DNA of 64,000 nt, from NCBI RefSeq assembly GCF_009914755.1, contig NC_060942.1; one strand, written 5' to 3'. Position numbers and translations under genes: made by a program. Below the pieces are notes generated by a model. The model was not told the origin of the DNA. It saw nothing but the letters and a program-made list of their open reading frames with translations, and ran no database searches. This document shows positions 39,889 through 51,669 of the stretch, one piece after another. Source of the stretch: the human T2T-CHM13v2.0 reference genome, Homo sapiens. Numbering within the stretch: the stretch's first letter is position 1; each line of letters opens with the position of its first letter.

Positions 39889-40522
39889 ATGTATGTATGT
39901 ATGTATGTATGTATGTATGTATATGGACCTATCTTTATCTTTATCTCTGGATTGGTTTGTAAGATTGTGGGGACTGGTTAGGCAAGACTGAAATCCGTAT
40001 AGTAGGCTGTCGAGTAGGGCAGGCTGGAACCCTCAGGCACAAGCTGAAGGTGCAGTTCACAGAGATAATTTCTTCTTCTTTCTCCTTTTCTTCTTTTTCT
40101 CCCGTTCCCTTTCTCCTCCTTGGCAACCTCCTTCTTCTTTTCCTTCTTTAAAAATTATTCTTATGGATACATAATAGTTGTATGTATTTATAGGGTCCAT
40201 ATGATACTTTGATATAAGAATTCAATGTGTATTGATCAAATCAGGGTAATTGGGATGTTCATCACCTTAAACATTTATCATTTCTTTGTGTTGGGAACAT
40301 TCCAATTCCATTCTTTTAGTTATTTTGAAATATACAATAAATAAGACAGCTCAGCTGATGGAATCAAGCCCACCCTGATATCTAGGATAATTTTTCTTAC
40401 TGAAAGTAAACTGATGATAAGTTTTAATCACATCAACAAAGTACTTCCACCCAGATTTGTGTTTGATTGAATAACTGGGGAGTGTAGCCCAGACAACTTG
40501 ACACATAAAACTGATCATTACA
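39798..40522 (-). mobile_element. MLT2-family solo LTR containing a microsatellite and an L1MA 3' fragment (about 40140-40343)
   Basis: 'tgtgtcagttagggg...gtgtttgattgaataactgggg...cttgacacataaaactgatcattaca'; TSD tgcag / cgcag. Confidence 0.83.
39850..39924. repeat. Compound (TG)n(TATG)n microsatellite
   Basis: About 11 TG units followed by about 12 TATG units. Confidence 0.95.
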
Positions 40523-40644
40523 CGCAGCAAGTATTAATTGAATCACACACAGCACTGTCCCCTATATTGCAATTGTCACCATCTCTCAAAGCAACAGCTA
40601 GAGTGTGTATTAGGGTAAAGAGTTAGTATAAATTCACGCACGCG

Positions 40645-40800
40645 CTCTTTGTTATGAGAGCTGTTCTGTGCCTTGTAGGATACTTAGCAGCATCCCCGGC
40701 CTCTATACACTAGTTGCTAGTAGCATCGCCCACCAGTTGTGTCAACAAAAATGTTGAAAGTTCTTTAAGGGGTAAAATCACTGCTGATTTATAACCACTG
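40645..40800. mobile_element. MER20 (hAT-Charlie) fragment
   Basis: 'ctgtgccttgtaggatacttagcagcatccccggcctcta...ccagttgtgtcaacaaaaatgt...aaccactg'. Confidence 0.82.
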
Positions 40801-41350
40801 AGCTAGATATACGTGTGTGTGTGTATATATACCTATTTCAAGAATAATACAAGTTGTTTAATGTTGTAAAACATCTCTCTGCCACTAGAAATACCACGAA
40901 TTGGAACATGAAGAGAAATAAGAAAATGGTCACTTTGCAAAAGCAGGAAGCAATATTTTGTCCTGAAAAATAAATCTATTGCCATTGGTGAAGAAGAGTA
41001 AAACAAGATGATTAATCTGCCTTTTTTCCTAAGTGCTTTGCTGCTCAAAGCCTCCTAGCACGTAGAAGATTTAAAGCTACCTTTTTTGCTTTTGTCTTAT
41101 AGCATGAACACTGTTTTTATTTATTCAATAGTTTGTTTTCTTGACCTCAATTTAGTAAGCCGGTAAATTGAATATTTTACAGTTATCAAAGAATAACAAC
41201 AACTACAAAAAATTTGCCTCTTATTTAAATGTGGTACTCAATTGATTTTGTGCAGTCAGGTGTCCTTGTTAGTAGAAAAGATTCTGAAATGCTAGCTTTT
41301 AGATGGATATGACATGCCAAAATCACAAATGAACAATGAAGATAGGTTAC

Positions 41351-41762
41351 TGTATTAGTCTGAGTTCTCCAGAAAAACAGATCCAGTAGGATGTGTATAT
41401 ATATATGAAGAGATTTATTTTATGGAATTGTCTCATATGATTATGGAGACTAGTAAGTCCAAAATCTGCAGGGTGGACTGGCATGCCAAAGACCTGGAAA
41501 AGGCCCATGCTGCAGGTCCAGTCTGAAGGCTGCTTGCAGAATTCTGTCTTGATAGGGTAAGGTCAATCTTGTTCTATTCAGGCCTTCAGCTGATTGGATG
41601 AGGTCCACCCACATTATGGAGGGCAATCTGTTTTACTCAGTCTATCAGTTCAATTGTTAATCTCATCCAAAAACACTCTCATAGAAATATCCAGAATAAT
41701 GTTTTACTACATATCTAGGCACCAAGATCCAGTCAAGTTGACACATAACATTATCCATCACA
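41351..41762 (-). mobile_element. MLT2C/D solo LTR
   Basis: 'tgtattagtctgagttctccagaaa...gattggatgaggtccacccacattatggagggcaatctg...caagttgacacataacattatccatcaca'. Confidence 0.9.
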
Positions 41763-41799
41763 ATTGCCCCGTCGTTATTTTTATTCTTTGTTAATGTAA

Positions 41800-41995
41800 A
41801 GAACATTGCATTATGGACAAACATAAACTATGGAGTCAGAGAGAGACTTCATTTTGCTCTGTTGCTTTTTAGTCATGGGATCATTGAGCAATTTACTTGA
41901 TCTCTCTGAACCTCAGTTTATTGCTCTGTATAATAATATTCCCTTCTTAGGGTTGTTGTGGAGAGCTGCATATGATAATGCATATAAAGCATGCA
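41800..41995 (+). mobile_element. MIR
   Basis: 'tggagtcagagaga...ttgagcaatttacttgatctctctgaacctcagttt...agggttgttgtggag'. Confidence 0.78.
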
Positions 41996-42015
41996 CATCC
42001 CTGTTGGACTTTGGG

Positions 42016-42017
<2 letters not shown>

Positions 42018-42058
<41 letters not shown>
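42018..42058. repeat. (CA)~20 microsatellite
   Basis: Read directly from the sequence. Confidence 0.95.
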
Positions 42059-42063
<5 letters not shown>

Positions 42064-45000
42064 GTTTTAAAATAATTTTTAATTTTTGTGGATACCTAAT
42101 TCGTGTATTTATGAAGTACATGTGATGTTTTAATACCAGAATGCAATGTGTAATCATCACATCATGGAAAATAATGTATCCACCTCATCAAGAATTTATC
42201 CTTTGTTTTACAATCCAATTATACTCATTTTAAAATGTACAATTAAATTATTATTGACTATAGTCACCCTGTTGTGCTATCATATACTAAGTATTATTCA
42301 TTCATTCTATTTTTTTAACCCATTAACCATCCTCACCCCTCCCTATTCTCCCCACTACCCTTCCCAGCCTCTGCTAACCATCCTTCTACTGTCTCCATGG
42401 GTTCAATTGTTTCAATTTTTAGATTCCCACCAATAGGTGAGAACTTGTGATTTTTGTCTTTCACTTAAGATACTGATCACCAGTTCTAACAATATGGTTA
42501 ATATTGTTGCAAATGACTGAATCTCATTTTTTTAATGGCTGAATAGTACTACATTGTGTATATGTACCATATTTTCTTTATCCATTCATCTGTTGATGGA
42601 CACTTAGGTTGCTTCCAAATCTTAGCTATTGTGAACAGAGCTGCAATGAACATGGCAGTGCAGATATCTCGATATAATGATTTCCTTTCTTTTGGGTATA
42701 CCCTGCTCCGAGATTCCTGGATCATATGGTAGTTCTAATTTTTAGTTTTCTGAGGAACCTCCAAAGTGTTGTCCATAGTGGTTTTGCTAATTTACATTCT
42801 CACCAACAGTATGTGAGAGTTTTCTTTTCTCCACATCCTCACCAGCATTTGTTATTGCCTGTCTTTTGGATATAAGCCGTGTTAACTGGGGTGATTTGAT
42901 ATCTCATTGTAGGTTTGATTTGCATTTCTCTGACAATCAGTGATGTTGAGCACATTTTCATATAACTATTGCCATTTGTATGTCTTCTTTTGAGAAATAT
43001 CTATTTACATCTTTTGCCCAGTTTTAAATTGAATCATTCGATTTTTTTTCCTATAGAGTTGTTTGAGCTTATATATTCTGGTTATTAATCCCTTTTCAGA
43101 TGAGTAGTTTGCAAATATTTTCTCTCATTCTGTGGGTTGTCTCTTGACTTTGTTAATTGTTCCCTTTGCTGTGCAGAAGCTTTTTAACTTGATGTGTTAT
43201 CATTTGTCCATTTTTGCTTTTGTTGCCTGTGCTTGTGGGGTATTACTCAAGAAATTTTTGCCCAGACCAATGTTCTGGAGAGGTTCCCTGGTGTTTTCTA
43301 GGAGTAGTTTCATAGTTTGAGGTCTTAGATTTCAGTCTTCAATCTATTTTGACTTGATTTTTGTATACAGCAAGAGATAGTGGTCTAGTTTTATTATTTT
43401 GCATATGAATATCCAGTTTTTCCAGCATCATTTGTTGAAGAAACTGTCCTTTCCTGTATGTAAGTTCTTGGCACCTTTGTCGAAAGTGAGTTTACTATTG
43501 ATATATGGATTTGTTTCTGGGTTCTCTATTCTGTTCCATTGGTCTATATGTCTGTTTTTATGCCAGTACCATGCTATGTCGGTTACTAAAGCTCTGTAGT
43601 ATAATTTGAAATCAGGTAATGTGATTCCACCAGTTTAGTTCCTTTGTTCAGGATTGGCTATTCTAGGTCTTTGGTGGTTCCATATAAATTTTTGCATTTT
43701 TTTCTATTTCTGTGAAGAATGTAATTGGTATTTTAATATGGATTGCATTGAATCTATAGATTGCTTTGGGTAGTGTGGACATTTTAACAATATTGATTCT
43801 TAAAATTTATAAATGTGAAATATCTTTTCATTTTTTGTCTCCTCTTCAATATCTTTCATCAATGTTTTACAGTTTTCAAAGTAGAGCTCTCTCACTTTTT
43901 TGTTAATTCCTAGATATTAATTTTATGTGTGGCTATTGTAAATGGGATTACTTTTTAATTTTTTTTCAACTTGTTCATTTTTGGCAAATAAAAATACTAC
44001 TGATTTTTGTATGTTGATTTTGTATCCTGAAACTTTACTGAATTTGTTTATCAGTTCTAATAATTTTTTTGTTAAGTCTTTAGGTTTTTCCAAATATGAG
44101 ATTGTATTATCTGCAAACAAAGATAATTTGACTTCTTTTTTTCCAGTTTGGATGCCCTTTATTTCTTTCTCTTGTCTGATTGCTCTAGCTAGGACTTCAG
44201 TACTATGTTGAATAACCGTGGTGAAAGGGAGCATCGTTGTTGTATTCTAGATCTTAGGGGAAAGGCTTTCATTTTTTCCCCATTCAGTATAGTACTAGCT
44301 GTGGGTCTGTTACATATGGCTTTTATTATGTTGAGGTATGTTCCTTCTAAAACTCTTCTTTTTGTTTTTTTGTTTATCATGAAGGGATGTTGAATTTTAT
44401 GAAATGCTTTTTCAGCCTCAGTTGAAATGATCATATGGTGTTTGTCCTTCATTCTGTTGATATGATGCATCACATTGATTGATTCACGTTGAACCATCCT
44501 TGCATCCCTGGGATAAATCCCACTTGGTCATGATGAATGATCTTTTTAATGTATTGTTGAATTCAGTTTGCTAGTATTTTGTTAAGGATTTTTGCATCAA
44601 TATTTATCAGAGATATTAACCTGTAGTTTTTTTTTTTTTTTTTGCTATGTCTTTTTCTGGTTTTGGTATCAGGGTAATACTGGGCTCATAGAATCAGTTT
44701 GGAAGTATTCCCTCCTTTTCTAGTTTTCAAAGAAGTTTCAGTAGGATTGGTATTTAATTCTTTCTTAAATGTTTGTTAGAATTCACCAGTGAAGCCATTG
44801 AGTCCTGGGCATTTTTTTTTTTTTTTAACTGAGAGACTTTTTATTACAGCCTCAATCTCTTTACATTATTGGTCTGTTCAGGTTTTGGATTTCTTTCTTG
44901 TTCAACCTTGGTAGGTTGTATGTGTTTAGAAATTTGTCCATTTATTCTAGATTTTCCAATTTATTGGCATATAGTTGCTCATAGTAGCCACTAACAATCC

Positions 45001-45106
45001 TTTGAATTACTGTGGTATCAATTTTATGTTTCCTTTTTCATCTCTAATTTTTCTTATTTGGATCTTCTCCCTTTTTTTCTTTGTCTGGTTAAAGTTTATC
45101 AATTTT

Positions 45107-45391
45107 GGCCGGGTGCTCACGCCTGTAATCCCAGCACTTTGAGAGGCCAAGGCGGGTGGATCATGAGGTCAGGAGATCGATACCATCCTGGCTAACACAG
45201 TGAAACCCCGTCTCTACTAAAAATACAAAAAAATTAGCCAGGCGTGGTGGCAGGCGCCTGTAGTCCCAGCTACTCAGGGGGCTGAGGCAGGAGAATGGCA
45301 TGAACCCAGGAGGCGGAGCTTGCACTGAGCCGAGATCGCGCCACTGCACTCCAGCCTGGGCGACAGAGCAAGACTCCGTCTCAAAAAAAAA
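45107..45391 (+). mobile_element. AluY in the L1MA
   Basis: AluY diagnostics; small deletion in the A-box region ('ggccgggtgctcac'); TSD aaagtttatcaatttt / aatgtttatcaatttt. Confidence 0.95.
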
Positions 45392-46182
45392 TGTTTATCA
45401 ATTTTGTTTGACTTTTCAAAAAAACCAACTTTTTGTTTCATTGATTTTTTTGTATTGTTATTTTCATTTCAATTTCATTTATTTCTGCTCTGATCTTTAG
45501 TAATTTTTTTTAATACTAATTTTTGGTTTGGTTTGCTCTTGCTTTTCTAGTTTTTAAAGGAGCATTGTTAGGTTGTTTATTTGAAATGTTTCTTCTTTTT
45601 TGATGTAATCACTTATAGCTATAATCTTCCCTCTGAATACTCCTTTTGCTGCATCCCAGAGGTTTTCGTATGTTGTGTTTCCATTATCATTTGTTTTAAG
45701 ACATTTTTCAATTTCCTTCTTAATTTCTTCATTGACCCACTGGTCATTCAGGAGCTTATTGTTTAATTTCCATGTATTTGTATAGTTTCCAAAATTCCTC
45801 TTTTTGATTTTAATTTTTCTTCCATTGTGATCTGTGAACATGCTTGATATTATTTCAAATTTTTAGAATGTTTTAAGACTTGTTTTGTGATTTAACATAT
45901 GGTCTATACTTGAGACTGATCCATGTGCTGAGGAAAAGAATGTTTATTCTTCAACCTCGGATGAAATGTTCTGTAAATATCTATTGTGTCCATTTGGTCT
46001 ACAGTGCAGATTAAGTCCAATGTTTCTTTGTTGATTTACTGTAGGGAAGATCTGTCTAATGCTGAAAGTGGGGTGTTGAAGTCTCCAGCTAGTATTGTAC
46101 TGGGGCTATTTCTCTCTTTAGCTCTAATAACATTTCCTTAATATATCTAGGTGCTGCATTGTTCGGTGTATATATATTTAAA

Positions 46183-46483
46183 TTTTTTTCTTTTTTTTTT
46201 TTGAGACAGAGTCTCACTCTGTCACCCAGGGTGGAGTGCAGTGTCACAATTCTGGCTCACTGCAACTTCTGCCTCCTGGGTTCAAGTGATTCTCCTGCCT
46301 CAGATGCCTGAGTAGCTGGGAATACAGGCGCGTGCCACCACACCCAGCTAATTTTGTATTGTTAGTAGAGATGGAGTTTCACCATGTTAGCTAGGCTGAT
46401 CTCAAACTCCCGACCTCAGGTAATCCACCTGTCTCAGCCTCCCAAAGTGCTGGGATTACAGGCATGAGCCACCACGCCCAGCC
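46183..46483 (-). mobile_element. AluS (Sx/Sq type) in the L1MA
   Basis: Full dimer with 'ctcccgacctcaggtaatccacc...ccaccacgcccagcc'. Confidence 0.94.
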
Positions 46484-48162
46484 AATTGTTACATCTTCTT
46501 GCAGAATTGACCCATTTATCATTATATAGTGACCTTCTTTGTCTCTTTTTATAGTTTTTGTTTTAAAATATATTTTGTCTGATGTAAGTATAGCTACTCC
46601 TGCTCTTTTTTGGTTTCTGTTGGCACGTAGTATCTTTTTCATTCCTTTTATTTTCAGTCTATGTATATCTTTATAAATATGTGAAGTGTGTTTCTTGTAT
46701 GAAACAGATGAACGGGTCTTGTTTTTTCATCTATTCAGCTACTCTATGTCTTTTGAGTGGAGAGTTTAGTCCATTTACATTCAATGTTATTATTGGTAAG
46801 TAAGAACTTAATCCTGCCATTTTGTTATTTGTTTTCTGGTTGTTTTGTGGCGTTTCTTTCTTCTTTCCTTCCTTCCTGTCTTCCTTTTAGTGAAGGTGGT
46901 TTTTTTCTGGTGATATGATTTAGTTTCTTGCTTTCAATTTTTTGTGTATCTGTTGTATGTTTTTTAGTCTGAGGTTAACATGCTTGCAAATATTATCTTA
47001 CAACCCATGATTTTAAGCTGATAACAACTTTAAGCTGATGACAACATAGCACTTTTTACCTAAAGAAACAGACAAATAAGCAAAAAGAAAACAATAAAAA
47101 CTTGCCTCAACTTTGTCCCTTCACTTTTTAACTTTTTGCTGTTTCTATTTATATCTTAATGTAATTTCTGTGTCTTAAAATGTTGTTGTAGTTATTATTT
47201 TTATTGCTTCATCAGTTAATCTTTCTACTTAAGGGTATTTTACACACAACAGTTATAGTGTGATTGTATTCTGTGTTCTTCTGTATACTTACTATTATCA
47301 GTGAGTTTTTTTTTTACCTTCAGATGATTTCTTATTTCTCATTAACATATATTTTCTGATTGAAATACTCATGTTAACATTTCTTATAGGACAGAACTGA
47401 TGTTGATGAAATCCCTCAGCTTCTGTTTGTCTGGGAAAGTCTTTGTTTCTCTTTCATGTTTGAAGGCTATTTTCACCAGATATACTATTCTAGGGTAAAA
47501 GTTTTTTTCCTTCAGCACTTTAAATATGTCATGCCACTGTTTCCTGGCCTATAAGCTTTCCACTGAAAAGTCTGTTGCCAGACGTATTGGAGCTCCATTG
47601 TATGTTATTTGTTTCTTTTCTCTTGCTGCTTTTAGAATTCTTTCTTTATCCTTGGCCTTTGGGAGTTTGATTATTAAATGCCTTGAGGTAGCCTTCTTTG
47701 GGTTAAATCTGCTTGGTGTTCTACAACCTTCTTGTACTTTGATATTGAAATATTTCTCTAGGTTTGGGAAGCTCTGTTATTATCCCTTTGAATAATCTTT
47801 CTACCCCATCTCTTTCTCTACCTCCCCTTTAATGCCAATAACTCCTGCATTTGCTATCTTGTGGCTATTTTCTAGATCCTGTAGACAAACTTCATTATTT
47901 TTTATTCTTTTTTCTCCTCTAACTGTGTATTTTCAAGTAGCCTGTCTTCGAATTCACTAATTCTTTCTTCTGCTTGATAAATTCTGCTATTAAAAGACTC
48001 TGATGTGTTTTTCAGTATGCCAATTGCATTTATGAGCTCCAGGATTTCTGCTTGATTCTTTTTAACTTAACAATCTCTTTGTTAAGTTTATCTGATAGGA
48101 TTCCAAATTCCTCTTCCATGTTATTTTGAATTTCTTTGAGTTTCCTCAAAGCAGCTGTTTTT

Positions 48163-48394
48163 TTAAAATTATACTTTAAGTTTTAGGGTACATGTGCACA
48201 ACGTGCAGGTTTGTTACATATGTATACATGCGCCATGCTGGTGTGCTGCACCCATTAACTCGTCATTTACATTAGGTATATCTCCTAATGCTACCCCTCC
48301 CAGCAAACTATCGCAAGGACAAAAAACCAAACACCTCATGTTCTCACTCATAGGTGGGAATTGAACAATGAGAACACTTGGAAACAAGAAGGGG
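48163..48394 (-). mobile_element. L1PA4-like 3' end with 5' inversion, in the L1MA
   Basis: Antisense 3' end 48163-48301, then an opposite-orientation piece 48302-48394; TSD aaagcagctgtttt / aaaacagttgtttt. Confidence 0.9.
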
Positions 48395-51300
48395 AAAACA
48401 GTTGTTTTGAATTCTCTGTCTGAAATGTCATATATCTGTTTCTCCAGAATGACTCCTGGTCACTTATTTGTTTCATTTGATGATGTCATGTTTTCCTGAA
48501 TTGTCTTGATACTTGTAGCATCTATGTCTGGGCATTGAAGAGTTAGGTATTTATTGTAGTCTTTGCAGTCTGAGCTTGTTTGTAACCATTCGTCTTGAGA
48601 AGGCTTTCCAAATATTCAGGACTTGGGTATTGTGATCTAAGCTGTATCTACTTTACGGGGGATTTCAAGCCTGGTAATGCTGTGGTTCTTGCAGACTCAT
48701 AAAGGTACTGTCTTGATGGTGTTAGACAAGATCTGGAAGAATTCTCTGGATTGCCAGGCAGAGATTCTTGTTTTCTTACCTTATTTTCTCCCAAACAAAC
48801 AGAGTCTCTGTCCGTTTTGAGCTACTTGGAGCTGGAGGTGGAATGACACAAACATCTCTGTGGCCACCATCCTAGGACTGTCCTGGGTCAGACCTGAAGC
48901 TAGCACAGCATGGGGTCTTGCCCAAGGCCTGCTGTAACTACTCCCTGACTAGCTACTGCCTATATTTGCTCAAGGATCTGGGACTCTACAATCAGCAGAT
49001 GGCAAAGCCAGCCAGGCCTGTGTCCTTCCCTTCAGGGCAGCAAGTTCCCCCATGCCCTGGGTGGGTTCAGTGTGCCATCCAGAAGTCAGGGACTAGATGT
49101 GAAAACTTTAGAAGTCTACCTGGTGTTCTCTTCTACTGTGGCTGAGCGGGACTCAAGCCACAAGACAGTTTTTCCCATCCTTCCTTCCCCTTTCAAAAGG
49201 CAAAGAAACCTCACTTGATGGCCACTGATACCTCAGGCCCACAGGGAGTACTCCCAGACTACCAGTAATGTTCCCTTAAGGCCCAAGGGCTCTTCATTCA
49301 GCTTGTGGTGATGCTTACTTGCCTAAGACTCACCCTTCGGGCAAGTGGGCTTTGCTGTGGCCCAGGGCAAGTCTCTGGAATTGGGGACCCCAAGAACCTG
49401 CTTGGTACTCTACCCTGCTGTAGCCAAGCTGATACCTAAGGTACGAGACAAAGTCTCCTTTACTTTTCTCTCTGCTTTTCTCAAGCAGGAGTCCTACCCT
49501 GCAGCCACCACAGCTGGGAATGTGCTGACTCTCACCTGAAGCCAGCAAGTCTTAGAGTCTCACTCAAGATCCTTGATGTAGTACCTAGGAATCATTGCTG
49601 GTTATTTAGGGCCCAAGGGCTCTTTAGTTAGCAGGTGACAAATGCTGCCAGGACTGGTTCCTTCTCTTCAAGGCAGGGGGTTCTGTTCAGGTTCAGGGTA
49701 TGCCTAGAAATGTCATCTGGGAGCTAGGACCTGGAAAGGTGCTCTCATGACTCTGATTGGTGCCCTATCTTGCTATGGCTGAGTTGGTCTCCAAGATGCA
49801 AGACAAAATCCTCCCCACTTTTTTGTGTTCTCGTCTCAAGTGGAAGAAAGGGGTCTCTTTTGGAGCTATAAGCTGTGCAGCATGGGGTTAGGGGAGGGGT
49901 AATGCTAGCACTCCTTTAACTGTCCAAACTAATGTCCCAGTAGTTCCAGTAATTTACGTTTCCACCTTCCCCGCAAGTCCACTGGCTCCGGGCCCAGGTC
50001 AGACTGATGAACACAAGGACTCACCTAGGTGTTGCAGTCTTTGTGGCCTAGATTGCCTATAAAGTTTATTTCAGGCCCCGGAGCCCTTTAGCCTGCAGTG
50101 ACGAGGCTTGCAGGAACTCAAGTTCTCAATGAGATTGGCGATTTCCCTCCAGCTAGAGCTGGTTTAAATGCTTCCTCTGTGGGCAGGAGTCAACTGAGTT
50201 TGGTTCAGTTTTGCTTTCTGCTATAGTAAGGGCAGCAGTGAGTTCAATGCCTCACAATTGCTGGCTCTCCCTCTCTGCAGTGCATGTAAATGCTCTCCAC
50301 ACCATGCTGCCACTGCCGAGGGTTAAGGGTAAGAGAGGGGTGGTGTTGGCAATTCAGTATGGTTTTTAATACATCTTCAGTGCCTCTTTCAGTGAGGTGA
50401 AGTTAAAACCAGGTACTGTGAGTGCTCACCTGATTTTTGGTTCTTATAAAAGTGCTTTTTTTGGTGTGTGGAGATAGTTGTTAAATAGGTGTCCCTGAGG
50501 GGTGGGGGATGATCAGTGGAGACTTCTATGTCACCATCTTGCTCTGCCCACCTCTGAGCTATATTTTTTTAGGGTTAGTAGTTACCTTTCCTTTCTTGAA
50601 GGTTGAGTCAAGTCCCTTCATGCATGCAAGAATCCCCTCAGTTTTAAGTCTCGGAAAATTTACAAGATGTGCTTTCGTTTTAATGCTGATCATAGGCCCA
50701 TCGTATGCATGAAGTACAAGCTGGATTTTTGAATGATGGGTAATGTAGAACTGGGTGTCAGTGCTCTTTTTTTTGGCTATATCTAAATTGGTCAAATGAA
50801 ACATTATGGATCTCAACGGTGATCTTTTAAGAATTGCAGATTTGCCATATTGATTTGCCATTAGTTTCAATTCATCAAATTCATTTGACTTGTAAAGTTC
50901 AATGAAAATGCATTGAAGAGAAACAGTTTGATAGGACAATTAGACTTGCCTCCAGTTTGTAGGAAGCTCAAGAAATTCAGTAAACTTTGTGAAGAGCCCA
51001 TTTCAAGACATATTTCAGCAAAGAAACTGCTTAACAATTTCTGACAATAGGTTTTATCTTTGTTTTTATCGCTGTTATTCCCATCCTTTATGCTTTTTAG
51101 AAGTATGTATATTATATTTACCCTGTAAAGGTTCTATGGAGATGAAAAGGGTGCATTGTAACAAAAACAAATTTTGAGAGTCAATACGATGTCTATTCTC
51201 CTATTTACTAGGCTAACCCTGGAGCTCCACTCAGGGTGGATATACTGAGCCTTATTCACCTTTGTACTCAAAAGCACAACACAGTCTTGCTAATAAAGGA

Positions 51301-51407
51301 CAGATTAAAATGTCAATAAACTAAAGTAATCACAGTAATAGTTAATATTTACTGAATGCCTAAAATATTCTAGGCAATGTTCTAGGAGCTTCACATGCAA
51401 TTGACTC

Positions 51408-51498
51408 AATGTTCTGGTTTGCTTGGGACTGAGGGGTTCTCTGAGATGCAACACTTTCCATGGTAAACTCAGGTAAACTCTGACGGTTGGTTATTCTA
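51408..51498. mobile_element. MER94-like relic
   Basis: 'tctggtttgcttgggactgaggggttctctgag...gacggttggttattcta'. Confidence 0.6.
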
Positions 51499-51669
51499 TC
51501 ACATATCACATGTGTTGACACCAACCAATCTGTAGAATAATTAGGGCTACTAAATAATCAAACATAGGGTCTTATTACAATATTGTCCTCAAATAATAGG
51601 GTGCTGGAAACATTCATTAACTTTCCCTAGTACCACTGAGTCCCCAGGTCTTCAATAAATTACTTACGG

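Larger units (their letters stand above)
42070..50554 (-). mobile_element. Near full-length L1MA1-3-class LINE, disabled
   Basis: L1MA 3' end 'gcaatgtgtaatcatcacatcatggaaaat'; ORF2 remnants (43923 '[11 protein letters not shown]', 45554 'NTWKLNNKLLNDQWV', 46391 'NQKRAGVAIL'); ORF1 remnant near 47500; GC-richer 5'UTR ending 'caccatcttgctctgcccacctc'. Confidence 0.92.

Noticed and set aside
47012-47045. 17-bp tandem duplication 'tttaagctgataacaac'
   Set aside because: An ordinary slippage duplication inside a dead L1.
50559-50939. 126-aa minus-strand ORF, the longest non-repeat ORF
   Set aside because: Non-ATG start, no recognisable domain or flanking splice signals; length is compatible with chance in 64 kb.
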